A stretch of DNA of 35,873 bases. It comes from Hadesarchaea archaeon. Lineage in GTDB: Archaea; Hadarchaeota; Hadarchaeia; Hadarchaeales; Hadarchaeaceae. Position numbers and translations under genes: made by a program. The notes beneath the pieces were generated by a model, which made no database searches, was not told the DNA's origin, and saw only the letters and a program-made list of their open reading frames with translations. Below, one piece after another: positions 7,460 to 14,888 of the stretch. The stretch covers positions 1 through 35,873 of the forward strand of contig JAUWYN010000002.1 of assembly GCA_030615805.1 (NCBI GenBank), given 5' to 3'. Numbering within the stretch: the stretch's first letter is position 1; each line of letters begins with the position of its first letter.

Positions 7460-8772
7460 TGACTGACGTTGCGCTCGTGAATCCGGGTTTGAAGGTGACA
7501 GGTCCCCAGCCTCCATTAAATTTGGGTTACATCGCGGGCTATCTCGAAAGACAAAATATAGAGGTTGCCATAATCGACGAACGAGCTGGGGAAAAATGCG
7601 AAGACCGCTTGGAGAAGATTTGTCCACGAATCGTCGGGGTAACTGCGGTGACATCAACAGTTGACCGAGCTTATCAGATAGGGGATTATGTCGGAAAAAA
7701 CTTGGATGCACTGACTGTTTTAGGTGGGGTGCACGCTTCAGCGATGCCGAAGGAGGGGCTTGAGCACTTTGATAAGGTAGTCGTCGGGGAGGGAGAACGC
7801 GCCATGCTCGATATAGCGAAAGGGAAATGCCCCGAGAGGATAGTTTCACGGCCATTCGTCAAGAATATCGACGAGATTCCACCACCAGCTCGGCATCTGA
7901 TTGGCATGGGTTTTTACCTATCGCTGGAAGCGAACATAGGGGAAAGGAACACGAGCAATGTGGGGACACTGATAACGAGCCGGGGGTGCCCCTACCGATG
8001 TATTTTCTGTTACAATAATTGGCGGGATACCCCCGTTCGGTATCACGGCCCCGAGAGGGTCGTGGAAGAATTGAACCAACTCGCTGAAGTCTATGCTGCA
8101 AAGGCGTTCTATTTCCACGACGACACTTTCACGGCGAATAGAAAGAGAGTGCAAAAAATATGCGAACTTATGATCGGCAGCGGCCTTTCCGAGTTCCCTT
8201 GGAGTGCTTGGACTCGGGCGGACTTGGTTGACTTGGAGATGCTCAAAACGATGAAAAAGGCCGGGTGCGCCAAGCTGGAGTTCGGTTTCGAGTCGGGGAG
8301 CCAGAGGGTTCTCGATGTTCTTAAAAAGGGGACGACAGTGGAGCAAAACATGAGGGCGATCAGGTTATGCAAAGAGGCCGGGATATGGGCGGCTGGCGCG
8401 TTTATGATTGGGAACCCTTCCGAAACTCTTGAAGAAATCAGGACGACAGAGCAATTTATCGAAGAATCTAATCTCGATGAGTTCCACGTCAGCATTACGA
8501 CGCCCTTTCCTGGGACTGAACTCTGGGGGTGGGCTAAAGAGAGGGGTCTGATTTCCGAACCCGTGGATTATTCCTCTCTGCGAATTGGCGCGGAATCACC
8601 GACCTCATCCGATAAGATTCCAAAAGATGTTCTCCGCAAAATTGTTCTGAGGCTGGATGCCAAGTCGAAGTTAAGACAGCAAAGTAAGGTTGGACTCTGC
8701 AAGCGTGCTATCAAAAATCCTCGGCTATTTTTTGAGTATGTTAAAGCAATGGGTTCGAGGTGGTTTTCTTGA
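7456..8772 (+). CDS. Radical SAM enzyme with an N-terminal B12-binding-type domain (class B-like)
   Basis: TSRGCPYRCIFCYN (CX3CX2C). N-terminal Rossmann-like VALVNP...VAIIDE...IVGVTAVTS. No C-terminal Cys-rich SPASM region was seen. Confidence 0.9.
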   Translation: MMTDVALVNPGLKVTGPQPPLNLGYIAGYLERQNIEVAIIDERAGEKCEDRLEKICPRIVGVTAVTSTVDRAYQIGDYVGKNLDALTVLGGVHASAMPKEGLEHFDKVVVGEGERAMLDIAKGKCPERIVSRPFVKNIDEIPPPARHLIGMGFYLSLEANIGERNTSNVGTLITSRGCPYRCIFCYNNWRDTPVRYHGPERVVEELNQLAEVYAAKAFYFHDDTFTANRKRVQKICELMIGSGLSEFPWSAWTRADLVDLEMLKTMKKAGCAKLEFGFESGSQRVLDVLKKGTTVEQNMRAIRLCKEAGIWAAGAFMIGNPSETLEEIRTTEQFIEESNLDEFHVSITTPFPGTELWGWAKERGLISEPVDYSSLRIGAESPTSSDKIPKDVLRKIVLRLDAKSKLRQQSKVGLCKRAIKNPRLFFEYVKAMGSRWFS

Positions 8773-9725
8773 TGAAAATTTCGGTAATCATCCCCACCTT
8801 GAATGAGGAAGCGACAATCGGTGGGTTAATCGAAAGTCTGAACCGGGACCCATATCCAAGCAAAGAAATCTTAGTCGTTGACGGTGGCTCGACCGATGGA
8901 ACCCTCGAGCGAGCGAGGGAAAAGGGGGCAATCGTTATGGGAGAGAAGGGCCCCAAATGCCCCGCAAACGCTAGGAATCAAGGAGCCGATGCTTCAGGTT
9001 CGGACGTGCTTTGTTTTCTCGATGGGGACGTGGAGAGGGTGGATGAGTGCTTTGTCACGCATGCCATGAGGCACTTTGAGCAGGGCGATGTCGTCGGGGT
9101 CAAATGCGAACGCGTCACTCTGACCGAAACGGTTACGGGGAGAGTTCTCGAAGCATCGAGGCGTCTAAGGATAGCCAGCATTTTCAAACGGAAACAGTCT
9201 AGCGGATTCAGTTATGCGAACTTCATCAGAAAAGACGCATTTGAGGCGACGGGCGGATTCCCCCTCCTCGGTTACGGTGAGGATCGGATGTTCTGGAGGA
9301 AACTTAAAAAATACATGGAGGAAAACCCGTCCAGACGAATTGCCCGCGAACCCGAGTCCAAGTTCTATCAGCACAGGGGACGGTCGCTCAGGGAGTTAAT
9401 CAGGGAGCACACTTGGTACGGGAGGACCATGATCCCCTACATTCGGTCGGCCAAACCTGGCATGTGGGAGTCCGTTTCCATCGTGGCCGTACCCGCATAT
9501 ATCGTTTCAATGACTTCCATCTTTTTGATTCCATTATCAGTTTGGTTCGTGGTGCTCGCGCTGCCTTATTTCGTCAGGTTTTTCACGATAATTTTTGAGG
9601 GAATCCGACAGAAAGACGGATACCACTTCATAATCCCACTCGTTGATGCCACACGCAGCGTCGGATTCGTCTGGGGGATCTTGCAGTATTTGGTGGGCGG
9701 GAGGTCGATGTCTCGTGGTCAATGA
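8772..9725 (+). CDS. GT2 glycosyltransferase with C-terminal TM helices (Dol-P-hexose synthase-like architecture)
   Basis: KISVIIPTLNEEATI, ILVVDGGSTDGT and FLDGD (DxD). C-terminal helices VAVPAYIVSMTSIFLIPLSVWFVVLALPYFV and VGFVWGILQYLV. ATG 8772 overlaps the rSAM stop. Confidence 0.9.
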   Translation: MKISVIIPTLNEEATIGGLIESLNRDPYPSKEILVVDGGSTDGTLERAREKGAIVMGEKGPKCPANARNQGADASGSDVLCFLDGDVERVDECFVTHAMRHFEQGDVVGVKCERVTLTETVTGRVLEASRRLRIASIFKRKQSSGFSYANFIRKDAFEATGGFPLLGYGEDRMFWRKLKKYMEENPSRRIAREPESKFYQHRGRSLRELIREHTWYGRTMIPYIRSAKPGMWESVSIVAVPAYIVSMTSIFLIPLSVWFVVLALPYFVRFFTIIFEGIRQKDGYHFIIPLVDATRSVGFVWGILQYLVGGRSMSRGQ

Positions 9726-10467
9726 AAGAAAATGGTGGGACACACTGGGGGAGGTAAGCGAATGCCTCGTTGCCAACCGAATTGAGCATGTTTTTATGAA
9801 GATGATGGTCGATCCATTTAGCTGGGGGGACATAGATGTTCTGGTACCGCACCCCGCCGGGGTAGTCAAAGCTGGCAATATCTTGGGGAACCAGGGCTTC
9901 ACTAGGGGAAGTGCGGGGAAAATATCGCCACCCCTGAAGTCGGTATTTGAAAGGGACGGCGTGATAGTCGAGATATACCCGGAGGCGTCATGGAAACGAG
10001 AGATAGTGGCCGATGCTAATCGGATAGTTCTGGACGGGATACGGAACGGGGGGATTTGCACCCCTCGCGCCGAGGACGAGTTCTACTTGATAGCCACCCA
10101 TGCGTTCTCCCACATGAGGGTAACAGAGGTCGAGGTCAAGAACGCCGTCCGCTTGGCTCAAAACGGTTTCGATTGGATGAGGGTCAGAGACACGGCAGTT
10201 CTTTTCGGAACCCACGTCTCGGTTTACTTTTTCATAAAAACCTTGGACCAATTGGAGGTTCCCGAGATATTCCCCAACTCCGTGGACAGAATCGCTTGCG
10301 GGTTGATAGATAGGTGGTTCGAGCATGAGGGGATTGCCGCGTTTCCGGTGAGGGTTCCAAGGATATTTGGCCGCATTTTGGCTCCCCTGCATCACACGCC
10401 AGCCATAATCAGGAATGGAACTGGCATGAGGGAGGTTCTGTATGATTTTGTCTCGAATCTCTGTTAA
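9715..10467 (+). CDS. Nucleotidyltransferase-fold protein, NTP_transf_5-like (paralogue 2)
   Basis: GTG 9715 is chosen because the alignment to paralogue 1 requires WWDTL...IEHVFMKMMVDPFSWGDIDVLVP. Also VEIYPEASW and CTPRAEDEFYLIATHAFSH. Confidence 0.65.
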   Translation: MVNERKWWDTLGEVSECLVANRIEHVFMKMMVDPFSWGDIDVLVPHPAGVVKAGNILGNQGFTRGSAGKISPPLKSVFERDGVIVEIYPEASWKREIVADANRIVLDGIRNGGICTPRAEDEFYLIATHAFSHMRVTEVEVKNAVRLAQNGFDWMRVRDTAVLFGTHVSVYFFIKTLDQLEVPEIFPNSVDRIACGLIDRWFEHEGIAAFPVRVPRIFGRILAPLHHTPAIIRNGTGMREVLYDFVSNLC

Positions 10468-11497
10468 GCCTTTGAGGGCGCTCAGTTTCCTGCTGAACGT
10501 GATGCACGCCCTTCGCGTGGGCAGGGAACCCACGATTGACCTGATAATGCAGTCCCCAGTGCTTTCTCCCCCATTGCGTTGGCTCTTGGAGAAGCGTGGT
10601 ATGTTTGAGCTGTTTTCGCGTCTATCCTACTTGCTTGGCGATTGGGTCGATTCCTTGGTCTTCCGAGAGTTTTTGATTGAAGTGAACGGTCAAAAAATAT
10701 TCGCTGTTAGAAGTTCCCCTAATCTAGTTGAGCATTCTACTGGCAGGGTTATTCACCCAGATGACGGGATGCTGGTTTACACAGAAGGTTACGAACCCCA
10801 CGTCGCCTCCCATTTCTGCTCGCTTCTTCGGGAAGGCACGAAGGTTGCAGATGTTGGGGCCTCATTGGGTTACTACACACTACTCGCCGCCAAGCGGGTG
10901 GGTAAAAGCGGCGAGGTGTTGGCATTCGAGCCCAACCCCTTCCGCTTCAAATATCTGCTCAGAGCTGTTCAGATCAACGGCTGGGAAAACGTGACGGCGT
11001 ACAAGTTGTTCGTTTCGGATTTTGACTCCCCCGAAAAAAATACCGTAACTTTGGACTCGATCATCGCGGGAGGGGCCGATGTGGTCAAGATAGATGTCGA
11101 GGGGATGGAGCTACAAGTTCTGCGGGGGATGAAAAGGCTCCTCTCGAGAGGGATCAGGGTGATATGCGAGGTGCACCCGAAACAGCTTCCTAGTGGCGGC
11201 TTGAGGGACATCTCGGGTTTCCTTCGGAATCACAACTATGAATGTCATTTGATAACCCAGCAGGGGTTGGTTCAGGTAGCAGATTTGCTTGAGGATGAGC
11301 GCGCGCATTACTTTTTCAGTCCTCATCAGGCGAAAATCACCGACTCGCGCTCGCGTCTGAAAAGCAAAAGCGGGGGGATGGATGATGATAGACGCGGGAC
11401 GCTGAGGGGCCTCGGTTCTCTACTTTTGCCTTCTTCCGATGAATGCTCACCTCCATCTGAAATCCCCTCGCAAATTATCGAGGAGGGAAAGCCATGA
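10442..11497 (+). CDS. FkbM-family SAM-dependent methyltransferase
   Basis: VADVGASLGYYTLLAA, LAFEPNP and VVKIDVEGMELQVLRGM. Start uncertain (ATG 10442, 10502 or 10547). The last 50 aa or so are low complexity. Confidence 0.85.
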   Translation: MILSRISVKPLRALSFLLNVMHALRVGREPTIDLIMQSPVLSPPLRWLLEKRGMFELFSRLSYLLGDWVDSLVFREFLIEVNGQKIFAVRSSPNLVEHSTGRVIHPDDGMLVYTEGYEPHVASHFCSLLREGTKVADVGASLGYYTLLAAKRVGKSGEVLAFEPNPFRFKYLLRAVQINGWENVTAYKLFVSDFDSPEKNTVTLDSIIAGGADVVKIDVEGMELQVLRGMKRLLSRGIRVICEVHPKQLPSGGLRDISGFLRNHNYECHLITQQGLVQVADLLEDERAHYFFSPHQAKITDSRSRLKSKSGGMDDDRRGTLRGLGSLLLPSSDECSPPSEIPSQIIEEGKP

Positions 11498-11613
11498 CGA
11501 ACGAGCGGACCTGCCCGAAGTGCGGTGCCGAGATGGAGCTCCGGGCTGGCGTGGTGTTCGTCTGCCCGATGTGCGATGAGACGAAAAGGGTGAATGAAAA
11601 GGGGGTGAAGTGA
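11494..11613 (+). CDS. Zinc-ribbon miniprotein (39 aa)
   Basis: ATGA overlap. MTNERTCPKCGAEMELRAGVVFVCPMCDETKRVNEKGVK. Confidence 0.55.
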   Translation: MTNERTCPKCGAEMELRAGVVFVCPMCDETKRVNEKGVK

Positions 11614-11901
11614 ATGGGAATTAAAAATTGGGCTGCCGAGATGTGGGCTGATGCTAAATACAAGCCACCAATCATCCCAGAAATCCGGCGTGAGTTGAAT
11701 TGGCGACAAAGCGCTGGTTTGATGTGGGTCTTCGCTGGATTTTTCCTAATTGGGATTTCCGAGCTATTCGGTGGTGTGGTCGTGGGGATTGCGTTGTGGG
11801 ATATATTATGGACGGGGAGGATCGCTACGCTGAACATGAGTCCCAAGTGGGTGAAACGCGAGACCGACAAGCGTTGGAAGCGACCGAAGGTGAAACAATG
11901 A
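11614..11901 (+). CDS. Membrane protein (95 aa)
   Basis: Track ORF. The ATG directly follows the upstream stop. LMWVFAGFFLIGISELFGGVVVGIALWDILW. Confidence 0.55.
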   Translation: MGIKNWAAEMWADAKYKPPIIPEIRRELNWRQSAGLMWVFAGFFLIGISELFGGVVVGIALWDILWTGRIATLNMSPKWVKRETDKRWKRPKVKQ

Positions 11902-11987
11902 GCGCGGAACTCGGCTTCATTATCGGTCTTTTCAGCGGGGTCGCCCTGACGCTGTTCCTCCAGTGGCATTCGAGGCGGTCGAGATGA
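11898..11987 (+). CDS. Single-TM miniprotein (29 aa)
   Basis: ATGA overlaps at both ends. MSAELGFIIGLFSGVALTLFLQWHSRRSR. Confidence 0.4.
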   Translation: MSAELGFIIGLFSGVALTLFLQWHSRRSR

Positions 11988-12199
11988 CGTTCAACCGCAA
12001 GGTGGACGTGGTGGAGAGGCGGCTGCTGGAGAGGGGCTACCGCGTCGAGCGCGGGAGGCGGCTCACTAGGATTTACACGGACAAGGGGTTCGGGCGCTTC
12101 CCCCGCAAGCGGATAAACGAGATTCTGGAGATCGCCGACCGCTGCGGAGCCAAGGTCAGCGCCTCGCAGCCCTTCCTGATCCACAGGAGGGAGGGCTGA
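11984..12199 (+). CDS. Basic hypothetical protein (71 aa)
   Basis: ATGA overlap. MTFNRKVDVVERRLLERGYRVERGRRLTRIYTDKGFGRFPRKRINEILEIADRCG... Confidence 0.5.
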   Translation: MTFNRKVDVVERRLLERGYRVERGRRLTRIYTDKGFGRFPRKRINEILEIADRCGAKVSASQPFLIHRREG

Positions 12200-12200
12200 G

Positions 12201-12290
12201 ATGGAGCTGCCGTTCACCACCAAGGTCCTACTCGCGTTCGCGGGGCTCGTCCTATTGGGGAACATCGTGGCGATAATTCTGTGGGGGTGA
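12201..12290 (+). CDS. Single-TM miniprotein (29 aa)
   Basis: MELPFTTKVLLAFAGLVLLGNIVAIILWG, with GGAGGGAGGG upstream. Confidence 0.4.
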   Translation: MELPFTTKVLLAFAGLVLLGNIVAIILWG

Positions 12291-12295
12291 GGTCG

Positions 12296-12613
12296 ATGTT
12301 TGAAAAATGGAAGGTAAAATGGGGCAACGCAACGAAACGGTGGTCAGAATATTGGTTAAGATGGGAATTAAAACACTGGCGCAAATCTGACATATCGTTA
12401 GGCATACTCGGCTTCGTGTTCGTCATTATCGCAGCTTACACAGGTGAGCCAGTGAATATAATCCTTGCAATATTTGGTGTTACCTTTTTGATGTCTGGGT
12501 GGCTTTGTTATTGCTATGATACTGCAATCGAGCGCGTAGGTTGTATGGAGGAAGTCTTCAGGGAAATTCAAAGGTGGCCAGATAAAAAACGTGAATCAGT
12601 TAATGCTCCATAA
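12296..12613 (+). CDS. Membrane protein (105 aa)
   Basis: ATG 12296 within track ORF 12281..12613. ISLGILGFVFVIIAAYTGEPVNIILAIFGVTFLMSGWLCY. Confidence 0.55.
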   Translation: MFEKWKVKWGNATKRWSEYWLRWELKHWRKSDISLGILGFVFVIIAAYTGEPVNIILAIFGVTFLMSGWLCYCYDTAIERVGCMEEVFREIQRWPDKKRESVNAP

Positions 12614-12614
12614 C

Positions 12615-14888
12615 TCAAACTAATCTGCTCCCGAAGAATATCAGGAAGCCGATTGCGAGGAGGCAGGCCCACATGATTCCGCTCGCCTTCTTCTTCTTGT
12701 GCCGCGCGATGAGCGTGATGGCGATCAATATTATCAGCGGGTTTATCGTCAATGGCCCGATCCCGAACAGGGGCACGAAAAGGACGTTCTTTTCCGGCTC
12801 CACGATGTCCCTGACTATCTCCCCGGGTGGCGGGATCGCTGGCCACCCAGGAGCGCCGTTGCCAGGTGGGGGCGGTGGGGGCGCTCCGCCGCCGACGCTC
12901 ACGATTATGGACGCGGTGGCGCTGTCCTCGTACCCGTCGCTCACGTACAGGGTCGCGGTGTAGTCCCCGGCGCTGCCGTATGAGTAGGACGGGTTCTGCT
13001 CGCTCGAAGTTCCAGCGAGGTCCCCGAAGTCCCAGTGGTAGGTCAGGCTGTCGCCATCGTTGTCGCTCGCGCTGGAGGCGAACCCGATCCCCTCGTCGAT
13101 ATCGGCGGCGTACCCGTCTGGCGGGGCGGTTATCGAGCAGGTTGGGGGCTGGTTGATTTTGAATGTTTGGGAATCGCTCCAATCGTAAACATCATTCTCA
13201 TTATCTTTGAACTTGATGCGCCAGTGATAGGTTGTTCCACGTGATAGGGTTGAGCCATTATAAATCACATTTTCACTCCGTGTATTATTATCAATATCTG
13301 TTATATCAGTCCAACCAGAACTCCACATATTGAAGCCGTTTTCTGATGTTCCCACATCGATGTACACTTTGTCTCCCTTTCGGCTCGCGTTATCTGTATT
13401 AAAGATTGCGTTGAATCTAGGGGTGAGTATCGTGAGCTTGATGGGATTTGTTTGATCTTCGCACAATGGAGAAAGCGCCTTTAGCGGTTTCGTGTAGTAT
13501 GAAATCATAAGTTTTGGTTGTTGAGATGATTTTTCGCTGGCTGAGAAGCCGACATACTCATATCCAGTCGGTGGTATCGAATCAATGTCATTTTTTGAGC
13601 GGAGACAAAACTTGGTTATCCCCTGCTTATCTATCCAATTATCGGCATTATCACTCAAAGCTATGTGGTGATATGCGTTGACAAAATCAGCAGTATTGAA
13701 GGAACCCAAGTTGTCACTATAATGTGTATAATTGTAATCTCCGAGCTGGAGGGGGTCATGGGGATAGATGTTCTCAGCGTCATAGTTTTCTCCTATCTGA
13801 ACCACAACATCAAAATCATCATCGGAAAAATTAGCTTCTCCCCGAAGCGAGAGCGTGGCGGAAGTTATGACCGCATTATCTGGCAGTGAGGAAGTATCGA
13901 AAAAAACAAAGCCGCGATATACGAAATAAGTTCCAGTAAACTTCTGACCGACTGTGAAAGTAGTTGTAGTTGAAGTTATATCATAAGCACTTGAACTATC
14001 ATGCGCACTGGAATAAGATGCGCTATAGTCCCATAGATATCCGTCGTTCGCGGTCGAATAGAATGTTTCCGTCGGGTCCAACACCGCAGTCCCCCCGCCC
14101 CCGACCTCGAAGCTCCCGAACGTCACTGTCGCTTTTCGGCCCTGCGCGTGAGTATCACACACGACATCGATGTTCTCCACGACTTCTAGCTCATCGAACC
14201 ACGCGAGCGTTCCCACCCAGTCGTTCTCGTTGTCGTAGTAAGCCAGGTGGCTCTTTCGGTTCTCGTCGTCCTTGTGAGTTTTCTCGGTTGCGGCAACGAT
14301 GCCCGAAGGTCGCCACGAAAACCGTATCGTCTGGGCGCTGTCGCAGGTCTGCTCGATTCTGATCTTGACTGGAGAGCCGCGCCTGAAGGTGTAGATTTCC
14401 CTTCGCTGCCCAATGGTCGTTTCCCCCGCCCTAATTAGCCTTATTTCGTTGTCGCTCACGATTTCATGAGATCGGACTATCCCCCAGAATCCGACATCCT
14501 TCCATTTGTTCGTCTGCCATGACTCCACCTTCCATTGATCGTTATATATCAACACATTCTCAAAGTGTTCCGTCCAGACCTCGGTGTAGTAATCGAAGAA
14601 CTTCACCGAGGCGTGGGGGTGCTGAACAACGTAGCGGTCGCCCAAGTCCTCGAAGATGTACGAAACCCAATCGCCATTGTCCGCTTGCGTGAAAATCGGT
14701 CCCCCGAAAATTTCCTGTCTAAACTCGCTCCCTTGCTGGTACTCGATGTAGTTGCGCCCGCGCCCAATCTCAACCCAGTCCCCGTCTTGGGCGCTCGCGG
14801 AAGGGGCTGAAACTGATGTAAAGCACAATAAGAACGCGCCTAGAACCGCAAACTTGCCGAGTTGGGCTAGGGCATTTCGCACGGTCAT
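12615..14888 (-). CDS. Large secreted, membrane-anchored surface protein (757 aa) with a PKD domain: candidate spike/adhesin 2
   Basis: Start taken at MTVRNALAQLGKFAVLGAFLLCFTSVSAPSASAQ (signal-peptide-like), which gives an ATGA overlap with the upstream gene. PKD: DGDSLTYHWDFGD...GDYTATLYVSDG. Followed by a poly-Pro linker GGGAPPPPPPGNGAPGW and two C-terminal TM helices separated by KKKK. Confidence 0.85.
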   Translation of the reverse strand: MTVRNALAQLGKFAVLGAFLLCFTSVSAPSASAQDGDWVEIGRGRNYIEYQQGSEFRQEIFGGPIFTQADNGDWVSYIFEDLGDRYVVQHPHASVKFFDYYTEVWTEHFENVLIYNDQWKVESWQTNKWKDVGFWGIVRSHEIVSDNEIRLIRAGETTIGQRREIYTFRRGSPVKIRIEQTCDSAQTIRFSWRPSGIVAATEKTHKDDENRKSHLAYYDNENDWVGTLAWFDELEVVENIDVVCDTHAQGRKATVTFGSFEVGGGGTAVLDPTETFYSTANDGYLWDYSASYSSAHDSSSAYDITSTTTTFTVGQKFTGTYFVYRGFVFFDTSSLPDNAVITSATLSLRGEANFSDDDFDVVVQIGENYDAENIYPHDPLQLGDYNYTHYSDNLGSFNTADFVNAYHHIALSDNADNWIDKQGITKFCLRSKNDIDSIPPTGYEYVGFSASEKSSQQPKLMISYYTKPLKALSPLCEDQTNPIKLTILTPRFNAIFNTDNASRKGDKVYIDVGTSENGFNMWSSGWTDITDIDNNTRSENVIYNGSTLSRGTTYHWRIKFKDNENDVYDWSDSQTFKINQPPTCSITAPPDGYAADIDEGIGFASSASDNDGDSLTYHWDFGDLAGTSSEQNPSYSYGSAGDYTATLYVSDGYEDSATASIIVSVGGGAPPPPPPGNGAPGWPAIPPPGEIVRDIVEPEKNVLFVPLFGIGPLTINPLIILIAITLIARHKKKKASGIMWACLLAIGFLIFFGSRLV

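Noticed and set aside
12700-12800. C-terminus of the 757-aa protein (VPLFGIGPL - TM - RHKKKK) as an archaeosortase PGF-CTERM-type sorting signal.
   Set aside because: There is no exact PGF, PEF or VPXXXP motif. A second TM helix follows the basic cluster, which is unlike canonical CTERM signals. This is too speculative without a profile search.
12568-13182. 204-aa Arg-rich minus-strand ORF, plus several + strand ORFs (12673..13244) inside the spike gene.
   Set aside because: These are alternative-frame artefacts of a GC- and Pro-rich stretch. The PKD and linker motifs clearly identify the 12615..14888 frame as coding.
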